NCBI GenBank assembly: GCA_040954595.2
Contig: CM082597.2
Span: forward strand, 3,313,914 to 3,377,913
Direction of reading: 5' to 3'
DNA length: 64,000 nucleotides
Origin: Balanoglossus misakiensis
Taxonomy: Eukaryota; Animalia; Hemichordata
Shown here: positions 1 to 13,600 of the stretch, piece after piece
How the letters are laid out: each line of letters opens with the position of its first letter
Position numbering within the stretch: the stretch's first letter is position 1
Position numbers and translations under genes: made by a program
Notes under the pieces: generated by a model
Database searches by the model: none
What the model was told of the DNA's origin: nothing
The model's input: the letters and a program-made list of their open reading frames with translations, nothing else

Positions 1-323
1 AATAACTTTATAAAAATCTTGTTTTCTTTTTTTTCCATCTCTACTCTTCCTTCCTTTAAGACTTCAGTGTAAAGAAATTTCTTTCTTTTTTCAGATATTA
101 ACAGTCAGCATTGTGGGTTTTTTGACAGAGGCTGTTATTTCAAGTTTTGTAGTTAGATTGGGTGATAATCTGAAACATCTCGCACTAAGAATCAAAACCC
201 AATTTTCTGTTGAGATGCAAATGATTCTTTACAACATGCTGGTAGTTGTTTTGGTTCTGTATGTTCATGGCAGCATATCATTCTCTCGTTTAATGTTAAG
301 TATTCTTGACCTTGACATTGCAG

Positions 324-1168
324 GTCACAGCGTACCGGACGACTATGACGTCCCGCCGCCCTTGAGGAGGCTGGAGAACGACCCGCTTCACCCCCGACCT
401 CAGCAGCCGCACGGAAACTTGCCAGCCATAGTATTATCCGGAGAAGATTACGATTTCCCCCCACCGCCTCGGAAAGCTGTGCCAAATCCGCAGGAAAATA
501 GTGAAGCAGTGAGTCTTGCTTCCGGCTCTCTCCTGGGATAGTAGTGTTGTGATTATACAGTTTGATCTGTCTAAACCGAACCCTGTCTAGTCTGGAAACC
601 TGTCTATACCGAACACATTTTCCCATCCCTTTGATATAGAAGCACATGAATCAGACTAATATTTGTGTGTTTGCTAAGTTTGGGGAACATTGGTAATGGA
701 TTTGGGAACCCCGGTAACATTTCTACAACCCCCTCATATAACTACATTGATACACCCTGGGGAACCTCGGTAAAATGACTGGGGAACTCCGGTAGATTTT
801 ACCTAGGTACCCGCCCTTAACAGAAACGTGTTAAAAGAACCTCTATAAACCAGACAACTGAAGTTTCTTCAGTCCCTTTGGTGTACTGTTCAGACAGGTT
901 TCACTGTATGTTTTCATTGTAATTTTTTTTTCAGAACTTAGACAGCGGACCGCAAGAAGACCCCATGTACGCCACACCGAAGAAGCGAAACGGGAAGACC
1001 AGCGCCCCGGAGAGGGGTGGCAGTGCCGCGGAAGCCCTGTCGGCCGTCGAGACTCTCCTGATGGAGGGGTACTCCCGCGATGCCGTGGTCCGAGCGCTGG
1101 GCATCGCGCAGAACAACATCGACATGGCCAGGAACATACTGCGCGAGTTTGCGCCTTCCAGTCAGTGA
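324..1168 (+). CDS. CBL: CBL-family E3 ubiquitin ligase, last two coding exons (324-508, 935-1168); upstream exons lie outside the window
   Basis: Exon 324-508 (ttgcag|...|gtgagt) encodes a proline-rich segment with DYDVPPP and DYDFPPPP YxxP motifs. It joins in phase 0 to exon 935-1168 (tttttcag|), which encodes a C-terminal UBA domain, VETLLMEGYSRDAVVRALGIAQNNIDMARNILREF, closely resembling the Cbl/Cbl-b UBA. Confidence 0.9.
556..908. mobile_element. Tc1/mariner/pogo-type non-autonomous element (TA...CAGT ends) filling most of the last CBL intron
   Basis: The left end tacagtttgatctgtctaaa matches the reverse complement of the right end ttcagacaggtttcactgta (tacagtgaaacctgtctgaa), with TA at both termini. 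The internal segment accctgtcta-tctggaaacctgt recurs at ~27260-27290. Confidence 0.6.
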
Positions 1169-2188
1169 GAAGACGTGGGCAGATTTTATTTTTTTGTGCA
1201 ATTCTTGAGGAAGAAGAAAAATAATGGCGTTTTTTTATAAATGAATATTTTTTAGGTCACTGACGGTCGAGCTCAATATATCCATTGTACTATTATTAGA
1301 TCTGCATGATATTTTTTGTCTATCACATAAAACTCTCTAAGTCGCGGCATTAGTTGTATGCTAATACAAGTCAAACAACTCCCATGATATCTGATATTAC
1401 ATAGGTACACACTCAAAATCAAAAATATAAAATAATACAAAATACCAACTAAGTACAAAAAATATGTAGCCAATTTGTCTTGCCATTTATGATAAATTTT
1501 CATAAATCTTTAATGAGGCAAGTTTGTTCTTATATCACTGTATGATTTCGTTGGTGCATGGGATATATGAAATAGCTTTTCTGGAGGATGTACTGTGATC
1601 TTTATGTTGATCATGAAATAATATTGGGCGATCTCAAAGCCAGCTGACTCGAAAGCTGTTTCGCATGGATAAAACATTTTTGGAGAAATGTGACCTTTTG
1701 CTGAATTCTATTGGCAGTGTAACATAAAACAAATCTTTCCAGGATGAGATTTCTTTGTTGCATGCCATTTGTATTTCAAGTTTTCTTTTTTCATAAGAAA
1801 TCAGAAATGCCAAATTGTGAAACGGGAAAAATTTATGACGGTTAGAAGATTAAGTGTTGGAGGGGGTATATTGTATGTATAAAAATGAAGCCCGTATGTG
1901 GCACAGATATTTTACAAAGAATGTTTCAGAAGGGAAAATTTAGAAGTTACGCAGTGCATGGCTAGCTCTGTTGGGAAAAACTGATGCATTTAGATGTTAA
2001 TATCCAGTAGTCCTGTCTTATGAAAACTATTAAAGACATTTTCTCTGTAGTCTCAGTTATTTTCTATTTCAGAATATCCACATGTAACTACACATTTTAC
2101 ATGTAAAAAATATTGCACGGAGCTATGTGCATGTTTTAGTTTAACTGGAGTAACTGGCGTGTCAAAGGTCAACCTGGGTCAGAGTTCA

Positions 2189-2280
2189 TTAACCCTTCAC
2201 CACCATGGTTCAGTCCAAATCCATTGTTTTCTATGGTAATGTTGGACCTCTAAACAGGGAACTGGGGGTGAAAGGGTTAA
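2189..2280 (+). mobile_element. ~90-bp piggyBac-like MITE (TTAA target duplication, CCCTT(T)CACC...GGTGAAAGGG TIRs)
   Basis: ttaa cccttcacc...ggtgaaaggg ttaa; nearly identical to the copies at 16560 and 44053. Confidence 0.8.
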
Positions 2281-3756
2281 TTAAGAGTTGGCCAAATATT
2301 TTTTTGAAACTTGCGTAAAATTACAATTTTTTGTATGATCATATTGTACAGTCTAAAGTGATTTGATATGGTATACTAAAATGACAATCAATGATATATT
2401 CAAAATTCAGTAATAATTTCATCTTCATTTGTAAAATATTCAAACTTTATTAAACTTGTTTGACTATGTACTAGTAACTTTTTTTAAATGTATCTTTTTA
2501 CAGTTTTAATTTCTCCAGTCAAAAGAATGTTCTCTACAAACTAAAATGTGCCTGTTTACTAAGATTTTGCCAATTTTGACTGGGAATTCATAATCTTTGT
2601 CACATGTTTGTGAAAATAGTTCTGGGTGTAGGCTCATAACGCCCTCAATAGTGTATAGTATCAAAACATTTGTTTGATGTGGTCCTCGGTTCTGCTGGGG
2701 GGGGGGGGGGGGTCTCATAGCGCCATCAGTAGTGAGTGGTATCAAAACTTTTGTTTGTTAACTGGTAACATAGATATTATTTGTACACCCCCCCCCCCCC
2801 CCCCCCCCCCCCCATGGTCAAACTAGTTTCCAATCCAGTATATATTCCAGTAACGGAAACCATTCTTAAAAACAAATTCCTCACTTCATTCAGCAACTCG
2901 ATAGACATTTCGACTCATTATTTTTCAATGGTAGATGTTATTTTTTACAGGTGATTTTCAGGTCAATATTTCTGCTACTGGGTGAAATATTGACTTGTCG
3001 CTTGTTTCAACCAATCTCATTTTCACCTGACAAGAAGTTTTGTAGGTAGGCATGTGTGAGGGAAATGGAGGACTATTGGTGCTAGTTGTTCAAAATAAGC
3101 CGTTTCATAGAAGGGGATAATTCAGAATTCATCATTTCCTATCAATGCATTTCATTTCATTGGGCATTGATTTCAGCAATTTCCATTGCATGATTTCAGC
3201 CTTACAGTTGGCCACGGGGTCAATCTACTGGTCCATCTTGATTTTAAAGGTATTCTAGAGGTGTTTCTGTATTTATAAAAGCCAACCCATGATTGCCTTT
3301 TGTGTACATACAAGGACACATACTGCATGAATCACTGCAATTAAGAAATGGTGGAATTATGAAATTCTCAGCACGTTATCACGGATACTAGGTTCAGATG
3401 TTTTCGCTGTCACTATATTCGCTTTGTTCTGTTTGTCTTTGTGTTAATGAAAGAGAATTAAAAGAAAATCATGTATTTTGTTACCATGTTTTATGACCAA
3501 GTATCCAGAGATTCTTCAGTTATTATGTGTTTGTTTCTCTACCAAGTATTAATTAACACTTTTGGGGGTTATAATTGCTATAAAAGAGTCAATTTTCAGC
3601 CATAAGCTCATATGTAGGCGTTAGCCATTCTATTGTCTTCAAGCTGTCAATTGCTTGCCTGGTATTGTGTATTACCATGGCTGGTGGCAGCCATTTTGGT
3701 CAAGGGATGATGGGAAAGATGACATCAATAGTCACTCACAAACCATGAATGTTTTA

Positions 3757-3845
3757 TTAACCCTTTCACCCCCGTTTCCCGGTATAGAGGTCCAAGTTTA
3801 CCATAGAAAGCAATGGATTTGGACCAGACAAGGGTGGTGAAAGGG
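3757..3845 (-). mobile_element. piggyBac-like MITE copy, opposite orientation
   Basis: ttaaccctttcaccccc...ccatagaaagcaatggatttgga...ggtggtgaaaggg; the interior is the reverse complement of the 2189 copy. Confidence 0.75.
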
Positions 3846-5070
3846 ATCAATAGTCATGGTAAATAGTATTTTTTAAAGTCCTTACATAACACTGACAAAT
3901 CTGGTCATGTTTCATATGGAGAAAATGTACGACATTTACATCAAGGGCTGTTTTTGTTTTGTGTTTGAAAACCATTAGTTTTGCCAGCAATGTCCATGCT
4001 TTTATTTTTTTATGAAATGCTCATGTAAATGTAATGAGTTTAGCTGGAGCTATGTAGCAAATATCTAGAGTTATACGTGTACTAGAATTCATATTTTAAT
4101 GTGTCAAAAGCCAGTCATATTATATGCTGCTCCGTCAATGTTATTTTACTCATAGAATCTGCAGTTTACCTATTTTTGTGTGGTGCTGCCTGCCTTCTTA
4201 CAGGAAATCAATGGGACTATTCCATCATCCTATGATGTCGAGGGTGTTGCTATAAAACTACTCAGCTATGTAAAAATCATGGGAAAAAAGTTTTTTTTCA
4301 TTTCTGAGCAAAAATTATGTCAATGTTTAACCAGATATGCCAGTTATAACTGAACAATTTTTATGCTCACAGGTACCAGCTCGGTATTTTAACTAGTTTA
4401 ACTATTACCAATTTTGCATGGATGGAACTACTGTTGCTTACATGATTAATGAACTATTACAATTTCTATCTTGGGTACGCTAGTTTTGACCGTCAAAACT
4501 AGCACTACCAGCCAAAAACAGATGATGATATAATGTTTTTATCAAGTTATAATTGTCAGTACCTGTGTTTACCAGACAAGCGTGATTTATCAACCATAAC
4601 CATTGGCTGATACAGAGTGTTAACTCAATTTGACTTGTCTGTACTGGTTTAAACTGGTTGAAATCAGTTTTGAAACCCACATTAATAATAATTTACTGGT
4701 TATTAATATTAACCAAGATATCATTGTACACTCTATGGTTAGCTGTCCTTGCTATAATGTACAAATTAGTTATGAATAGTTAAGTCTAGCATAGAAGCAC
4801 TTCACTTAGCCTACCTATCTGTAAAACACAAATTATTTTTGGAATATCTTCAATTTCTTGACACTAATAAATTCATCTATGAAATTATACATTTTATTAC
4901 ATGTATGTGTTTATCTGTAAGGAAGTGTATGTATAATTTTATGTCCACTTGTTGTATAGAAGACCGAGTTCTGTAAGTCTCTGTGTCTGTATGATTTCAA
5001 TCATGATAATCACAAGAACAATGTACAGTATATGTATGTGTAAAGATTATGCTTTATTACAGCTTGAATA

Positions 5071-5152
5071 CTTTCACCCATTTTGATTTGAACAGGCCCA
5101 ATTCACCATAGAAGACAATGGATTTGGGTTAAACCATTGTGGTGAAAGGGGG
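5071..5152 (-). mobile_element. degenerate piggyBac-like MITE copy in the AAR2 3' UTR
   Basis: ctttcaccc...ccatagaagacaatggatttgg...gtggtgaaaggg; the TTAA flanks have decayed. Confidence 0.65.
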
Positions 5153-5166
5153 TAAAACAATAATGC

Positions 5167-6324
5167 TTATGGAAGGTCGACGACTGTTGGTGCGTATTCA
5201 CCAGTCTCCATGTCCTCGAAGTCCCACTGGAATTTCCTGGTCAAGCTCTGTTTGAACTTGCGTCCTCGCGACTTCAGGTGTTGGCTGGCGGCCTCGGACT
5301 CCTCCAGGCTGCGGAAGAACTGCGCCAGGCAGGTGGTGAGGAAGTTGTCGCGGGTGACGATGTCCACGAAGAAGTCCCGGGGGATCTCGGAGAGCTGGAA
5401 GTAGATCGCGGTCATGAAGGCGTGGTAGAGATCGCCGTGGTTATCGAGCGCCTCTTCGCAACTGCAGAGAAGGTGGAACAGACGCTTCCAGTGTTCGAAC
5501 GCGTCGTAGACTTGTCCGAGCAGGAAACAGACGAAGGCAAACTGCAGCTCTCCTATGACTCCGAACTTGTCGTCGCCGTATTTGACCCTCAGCAGTGTCT
5601 CTAAGGCGTAACTCGAATCCATGCTGTACTTTGTTATCTCAGACGGGGTCGCGCCGCTCGGGTATTTTTCCGGGATTTCCGAGAAATGGATTTTGCTGTC
5701 CGGATTGGTATGCATCTGCGGAAGCTTTTCTTCCTCGGTCGCGTCGTCGGCGACGCTCGCTTGGATTTCAGCTCTCTGTTCGGCCGTGCGCGACTCCTTG
5801 TCACACAGGAGCTCCGTTGCCGAGGCGATCTTCCCACTGTTCGGCTGCAGGACCCGCACCAGCTTCTCCGATATCCGATTGGTCAGCGAAATCCACTGCT
5901 TCAGACTCTCGTACGGGTACGGCCCCAGATAGCTGTCCATTTCTTCGCGGTTGCTCTCGTATCGCTCCATTTCGTCCTCGGTCGGCCGGTAATCGCCGAT
6001 ATCCTCCATCTTCGCGTCCCACTTCTTGACCAGGATTTCGCGCTGTTTGAAGTTGTAGAAGAATCCAGTCCGAGGGGCGGCCTCCCGGAACTTGTTCACG
6101 GCGCTGTAGTACATAAAATGGACACCCGGTGGTATCATTTTGACACCGCGAAATTTAGACCCGACCGTCCACGAATTGTAATCCATCCCGAACTCTGTCC
6201 CCTCGGGTACGTTCAGAAAAACCAGTATAGCACCCTCGTGGAACAGCTTCCTTGCAGTGTCTGGGTCCATTTCTGGCACCGAATCTTCCGTTTCTGGCTT
6301 GCTGCGTTTAGAGGCTGTAGCCAT
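5167..6324 (-). CDS. AAR2: AAR2 splicing factor (U5 snRNP assembly/Prp8 chaperone), 385 aa, single coding exon
   Basis: Characteristic motifs: VPEGTEFGMDYNSWTVGSKFRGVKMIPPGVHF, YLGPYPYE, GELQFAFVCFLLG, FEHWKRL, DFFVDIV, C-terminal EYAPTVV. A minus-strand AATAAA lies at ~5053-5058. A probable 5'-UTR intron has its acceptor near 6341 and a candidate donor near 7036. Confidence 0.95.
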   Translation of the reverse strand: MATASKRSKPETEDSVPEMDPDTARKLFHEGAILVFLNVPEGTEFGMDYNSWTVGSKFRGVKMIPPGVHFMYYSAVNKFREAAPRTGFFYNFKQREILVKKWDAKMEDIGDYRPTEDEMERYESNREEMDSYLGPYPYESLKQWISLTNRISEKLVRVLQPNSGKIASATELLCDKESRTAEQRAEIQASVADDATEEEKLPQMHTNPDSKIHFSEIPEKYPSGATPSEITKYSMDSSYALETLLRVKYGDDKFGVIGELQFAFVCFLLGQVYDAFEHWKRLFHLLCSCEEALDNHGDLYHAFMTAIYFQLSEIPRDFFVDIVTRDNFLTTCLAQFFRSLEESEAASQHLKSRGRKFKQSLTRKFQWDFEDMETGEYAPTVVDLP

Positions 6325-7099
6325 GGTGATATCTGATTATCTATGAGGAAAACAATGGAATGCATTAATTTGTATTCTTTTGCATAAAAACTACGGAAAT
6401 TTTACCATAATGATTTCATGTAGCAAAGTAACACAAAAGTCATCAGGCCAAATCACTTCTTTCTGCAAAAAGGTGATTTTCAGGTCATCAACCCTTCCAC
6501 TGTCACACTATGTTCTTTCTCTAGAAATCTTACCTCACAATCATGGTTATACCATGGAGGTACCTCCATGGTTATACAGAGTACATATCACTGTGTGAAA
6601 GGGCAAAAGGATGCTAGTGGATTGTACAGAATCTTAGGATTATTGTTTGGTATATCCTCCACTGATTCTAATGCGTGTCTGTCAGTCTTTGTGACGTGTG
6701 TGCAATGGACTGATACAGGAAATGTGTATATTGTACCTAACATGATGGTTCACTGGCCACCTGACGAAATTGTCTACTTGTCCAGTGACGTTCATGGTAT
6801 GGGAAGGGAGTGTAGTACAATGTATAGTGTCGTAAGTTAGGCCAAAACATCACCTACACCCTGTGATTCGTTTGAAATCGACGCCATGTACATTTCAATG
6901 CAACACACAACAGGTACAATGTTACAAACGGGATGAAAGAGACAACCTGACGCGATGACGCGCGCTCCTTCAGGAGTTCGCGTTGTACACAGTCTGTGAT
7001 GAAATACACACAGCGTCAATTTCGAATAAGCAATACCTTATTTCAGTGTGACACCACTGCTTTCATTGCCGTCCACAGTGACGATTACTACGTCTGCGA

Positions 7100-7600
7100 T
7101 CGTTCCGGAACCACGAGTCGATTGCAAGACAGCGTCAAGCAAACGTTTACTTGACCTTTTCACTTGAAATGAAATTAGGTCAAAAGAACGCCCCCGTGCG
7201 GTGACAAAGTAAACTTTTCTCGACCTTAGACAAAATGATTAGTTTCCTAATATTATAGAGGACTAAATAGCTCTTTTTATGAGTTTTACACTGTATTGTG
7301 ATGTATTTTTCTTATTGACAAGCATTTCAGCTGTGACAAGTCATACAGAAACGTTTTTTTTTATTGTGATGTTTCTGTTGCGTTGTCTTTCTCGCCCACA
7401 TTCATGAGGGCGTTACACAATGACGTCACAGAGTTCAGATAAGGAAAGGGAAGTCCCACAAGTGATGTTCATTTCACACTACGATCAACAGTCAGTCTAG
7501 TGTACACACTCAGTGGTGATCGTGGACTTTTCTCTCTCGTCCTGTTGATGATATCACTGGAGTCTAATGACTGCTGGATTTTAATATAGTTTAGGTAAGT
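7100..7600. promoter_or_regulatory. putative bidirectional promoter between AAR2 (-) and PHLDB (+)
   Basis: Local CpG enrichment (~6900-8250), a perfect CRE palindrome TGACGTCA at 7421-7428, and a consensus donor ag|gtaagt at 7595 that could end a non-coding first PHLDB exon. The assignment is inferred. Confidence 0.45.
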
Positions 7601-10600
7601 TAACTGGGTCATATTAGATCACATTTGTCCGTTGCATTTAGCGACTTCAAAAGTCACTGGCAAGTTTACGCTGGACTTTATTGACAACACCTTCATTTAT
7701 CTGTTGATCACAGAGTACGTCCGCAGTTCGGACGAGCTCAAGATACTTGATACGAAAACACATTTCTGCTACTGCAAAACAACGTGTACACGTGGCGTCA
7801 ATCGAAAGCAAAACAAACTGGCCGGCTTGTCGATTTCACTGTGTCGATTTCATTCGGGCAGTCGCTACAGTATGACGGTTGAAACTGCGACTTATCCACC
7901 GTGCGCGTTCAAACGGTGGTTGGTCGAGCGTGTTTACATTTTAATCGCCTTATCTGATCAGATCTGCTTGAATGAGTAAGTTGAATAATTATCGCGCGAT
8001 AAAAGAGCGAGGACTCTTGCGATTTTATCGTGCGATGTCGGACTGAAAACCACTTGAAATCTGACAGTGCGCGATTGAAATATACTGAGCGTCGCGTCTG
8101 ATTGCGTGCACGCCCACCAGCAGACGACGCGACGTCGATGAACGTACGCGACGCAGTAGTGAATCACCCGGTGGCCTTGTCAGTATATCCGCCTACGGGG
8201 TATCATACCACACCGGTGTATTCTTCAGAACAATCAACAAAAAGTCAATGTCGGAATCTCATAAAACTGCAAGGAAGTGACACAGACTACTTCTATTGCC
8301 ATGTACTGATAACATTCCTTCCCAAAAAGGTAGAGCGCATTTTTCCTAGTTTGATAAAGACAGCTAAGGTTATTTGATATGAGATTTTGCCGCAAGAAAC
8401 AAATATCTGAACTTATCTGAAACAAACTGAAACATTTACAGATCAAATGATAACAACAGTACCTGGTGTTTAGACTTCATTCATTCGGCTCTGGAGTTTT
8501 CTTAAAACAATTTAGCATTGAAAGTTGTTTATTTATTTATTATAAAGTATGCATTCCGATGTACCCGGGGACATTTGAGGTCACGGAGAGTTTCCGAACA
8601 ACCGCGTTGAATTCCGGCAGTCAGCTGAAGGACAGATAACTCACTTCTCGCATGTCGCTGGCTGTAAGGAATGATATGTATTAATAATAATACAAAACTG
8701 TTTTCTATCTAGATGTTCATATATTTGAGTAATTTTGGTGATTTTTTTGGCAAACCTAAGGGGTAATGTATGCGGACCCCCTGTCTTCCTAATATTTGTT
8801 ATTCTGCCCCGAATTTCGCTTACAGCTTTAAAACAAGTTCCTTGTAAAATAAATAATTATACGAAACTGATCAGCCAATCTGTTCAATGTTTATTTTGTC
8901 AACTTATTTAAAAGAAACTTTCATAGCGCAATTTCTTTCCACTTGAAGAGCCCCAAATTATGTGTACATTTCAGCCAGTCAAGATTTCCTTGACTGAAAT
9001 CAACGAGAAATAAATTTGGTACAACTTTCAAGGAAAACCTAATTAATTGATTGATTAATTAATTAATTAATTGACTGATAAACCACATAATTGATGTAGA
9101 CGTAAAACAATAAACATGCCCCCTCTCCCATAAAATGACTAGGGAATTACTAATTAAATTGAATTACGAATTAAATTGAGCTGGGTTTACTGTACTTCAG
9201 TAATTCTAGCCTTGCTGCCCACAGTAATTATTGTAGCATCTGAAAATGAAAGGAATCTCAGTAATCTGATTTGCAGATTATTTCTGAACTGTCTATGCTA
9301 CAACCAGGACTGTGAGGTAGGATTTACATGATGTGGCATTGAAAGAATTCAGTTCATATTACATTTATTCACTGATTGCAACTTAAATTAAGTAACACAG
9401 AGACTGGTCAAAATATCAAAATTATTTGTATTAAATATGAAAATTGAATTTTAAAAAAGCAATATAATTTACAGAAGTATAACATGAGCCTTGCTTGTTG
9501 ACCTTGAAAAGGTTAAGGTTTGTGTTCAGTCATGGTGACCTTGTAGGCAGCTTTGCTTCTGTGTAAAATACTGTGGTTGCTCAGTTTAGACCAATGGCTG
9601 TAAAATGCTTCTTTGTATGTGTGTGGGATGTACCTGGGTGGGTTTGGCAGATTTTACACAGGCAATCTCAGGATGTGAAAGAAAGTCATTTGAGCAAAAA
9701 GCTTGTGGTCATCAGAGGTGTGATGTCATAGCAGATGTTTGTCATGGCAACCATTTTGTCTTTCAGTTTTACAAAAAATGTAAATCTAATAAAAAAAAGC
9801 CTTTGTACCCTATAATCCCTGAAAACCTAATTTCTAGGATTATAGTGTTGAAGTCTTTCAGGTGTTGAAACCTTGGTCAACCCACAGCCCCTAGGGTCTA
9901 TGGTCAACCCTCCTTCAAGATAATATTTGCCTTGGATAAATGTTTGTGAACTTGCAGTCTGTGTGTCGAGTGTTTGCACAATGGTGGTACAGTCTACAGC
10001 CTGGGAAAACACTTCATTGCCTTCATCACATTGAAGACAGGGGAGGTTTTGTTTAGTGGACGGATTTGTCAATTGGTGACATGTCTGTCAAACATACAAG
10101 TGGTCCTCTTTACAAGTCTAAATGAGGTCAGGGTGTATGTGCGTGTGTGTGTGAAAATGTACTTGAACTTTACGCTTCACAGATACCCCTGGCTTGTATT
10201 ACTAGAAAGTTGAGTGGTTGAGTTTCTGAACACTTTGCAAACTCTACAGTAGGCTGGATATTTTAAAGAAATAGGAAACCAAGCATGACTCATATAGCTC
10301 AAAAGTTTATTTTTGAATACTTAGAGGTAGACCACACAGAAAAAAATATATTATGAAGAGTTTATAGTTAGTCCATTTCTACAGTCTCCAGTTTCCCAGT
10401 GAATCGTTATTCAAGTCATTCTGTGTTGGAATCATGAGGATAGATTCTAGACTGATTTTTAAAAAAACGACAGCACCTTGGAGACATGTACTGTGTTGTT
10501 TGGACAGTTACATTTCCTGTCATGTGCCTTCTGGTCAGAAGCGTCTGGTTTTCTTTTCGTAAACATGTTTACTTGGAAACAAAAGTGCTGGGCAGTCTTG

Positions 10601-13600
10601 CGACAGACAGATTTGACCACAAATACTCAAGACTCTCTCACAGTCATCCCAGCCTTTCAAAACCGGTACCCAGAATTCAGAATGTTCTATGAGGCAATAT
10701 GACATTATTAAATATACACTATTGACTTGTTACACACTATCTTTCCTGTGCCCCTTAATACAGACAGGAAACATAGAGTAGATCTGTACACATGATAATC
10801 TCATGTTGCCATGATAAGGAGTTTCCTGAAAATACTATCATGCAAACTCCAGACCAGACTGCTTCTGAATTAGACAGTGAATGTTGTCTAGAGCCAGGCA
10901 ATTTTTCCAGACATCTGTTCATCATTGTCATAAAAATATGGGAGCACCTTTGCATACCAAAGATAGCATGTCTCACGCCATATTCAAATGACATGTTCGC
11001 TTCATGTAAAATATTAATATTTGTCTTGAAATGTGCACAGAAATCTATTCATTTCGATGCAAGATTTCCATATGAAAATTTAAGTATCATATTATGAATG
11101 ACTGTTTTCACTTTTAATTTTTAATCAAAAATTTTCCACAAAACAAAAATGACTTTGAAATTACATTTACATAGCACCAATTCTTTAATTAATCTGACAT
11201 GTTTTAACACAAGTTATGACATGTATGACTATCAAATCAACACACATAATGTTATATACAGCGTGTATAAAACAATGGATCAACACAAACATAAAAAAAT
11301 ATTATAACAACCGAACCATGGAATGTCATCTGTCTATGTGATTACAGAACATTCCAAGTGAACCGTGGACAGCTTGATGACTTTGTGTCACGAGATCACA
11401 AGGTCAGTCAATATCGGCGAATTAGTTATGATTATACGGCAATTATTTCATACAGTTGAACAATCTAGGGCAGTTATATTTATAGTCATCATATCCAGAG
11501 ATGGTCATACTGCTTCTAGTATCACAATCTGATATTTCGTAAGGATCCAAAAAATGTACAATTGTATTCATGCATTCATGAATTTTTAACGATTTATTCC
11601 AATAAGCTAAACTACAAATGCATTTTACGTTTAGAAATGAAACCATTCTTTTTCCATGTGCGCAACGCTCCATACCAAAATTTATACAGAGAAGACCCCC
11701 TTTGGTAATTTACAGGAAACCTTCCAGTCTTTGCATGGCTGCATGGACATAAAAATTGTGGACCTGGTTTCTATCCTTAGATACAGACCACTGTGTGGTT
11801 GTGAAAACAGATTACAATTCCTGTCAGAGGTAGCTTTCAGGAAACCTGCCAGCCAACGACAGCTATGTGTTACAATCATTTGTCCCAAGACTCTCTGAGT
11901 ATGTAATGTCTTGCACCTGTTCTGTTTGCCTTTCCCAGCTCATATTCAGACAACAAAAAAAGACTTCCCTTTACAACTAGACGCTAGTCGTGGACTTGTT
12001 GTTTACATACTCTCACAGAATTTATTCCCCTCTTACAAGTTGTTGAAGATTTCCTGTGAACACACCAATGTTTGAGTTGAAGTCTGTGAAACAAGAAAGT
12101 AAATTTGTATGGCCTGGCCAAATTTACCATTGCTATTTTTGCCAAATGTCAGTGGACATGTGTTTAGATAGGTTGCCTGTGTTTGTTAGAATATAAATAC
12201 CAAAAGTCTGGCCAGACCTTAATATAGGTATTCTAAAAGTCATGAATAATCACAATGAGTAAGACATCTTGTTCAAATGACTCCATATTGTCAACTTCAA
12301 GCCTCTCTGTTCCCATCATAAATTACCTCCATTGAAAAGTTTACGGTTAGCTTGACATTTAAGAGCTGTTGAACCAAAGTTAATCACCGATCCCCTCCCG
12401 GAAGACCTTTTAATCCAAATTGGGCCTAACAACCCCTGTAATCCCCATGGTACGGCCCATCTGGCCATGGTAAATCACTGGAATATCGCACACAGCAGGG
12501 AATCCAGGGGATGGCCGGGGATCGTTAAATTATAAAAGTCATGAATGATCACAGTACTAGAGTAGGTTATCTGTGGTATCACATCAAAGGCTGTGTATCA
12601 CTAAAAAGTTTACTTTCAACAGTAGCTGGCTGATAGATAAAGAGTGATTTAAGTCTACCCATAAAAATGGCACATTGGTCCCTTCTGAGAATTGGCAGAG
12701 CAGTGTGTAATCATGTCAGATAGGCACGTCTTTGTAAAAACTAAAGAATGATAATTAACACATGACTGGCTATCAGCATCCATGTCTCAGAAAGTAAAAA
12801 GCATTGTGGTCATTGGTAGTCTATACTACAATGTATACGATGTTCAGCAGATTAAAATTGCTGACACAGCACTTTACAAAGCCATTGTTTGACTTTCACG
12901 CGGTTTAACATCAGTAATTAATGCGTTGACCTCTTTATGTTATTGTGAATTTTGATACTTCTATGCTTGACACGAAGAATTCAAAAAGTCGCATCCCACC
13001 TTCAAAAAGGGGAAGTGGTCACAATTTATTTTTAGTGGATCTTTATACATCCTTGTGAGTAGTTTGTGTTCAAGTTCATGATGATGAATAATTTAAACCA
13101 CAGCAAAAATCGACAGCCGTGTCATGCTGCGACTGTACCATGCACACACACTCATGAAGAGCTAGCCTTGACACCGTGTCAAGAATTCACCACATACCTC
13201 CGCAGGACATCACATTCACAGCTGTTCCCCAACCATCCAAACTCTGTCACCATAAAAATAAAATCTACATCGATGATGGAAACACAGGGAAAGAAAATAT
13301 TCCTGGACATTCCATTGGTGTGTGACGTATCGTACATGACGGGAATATTAGTATTCCTGGGAATGAGTTTTCCCAATGGAGAGAGAAAAAAAATTTCTCC
13401 TTTGGCCGAAATTTGTCGGAATGAAGAGCTCGGTGACCTTAAGACACAGTTTCAAGAGTGACTCATAGTGTGAGAGGTATTTAAGTTAGAGCTGTACAAT
13501 GTTTGATACTCAGTGCCCATGGAAAATTATTGTAGAATATATCGATTTAAGCATTCACCCTGTCTAGATGGAACACTGTACTGCCTCAACCAACCCTGCA

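Noticed and set aside
5210-6336. Several + strand ORFs of up to 216 aa overlapping AAR2
   Set aside because: These are antisense shadows of a GC-rich coding exon with no recognisable domains.
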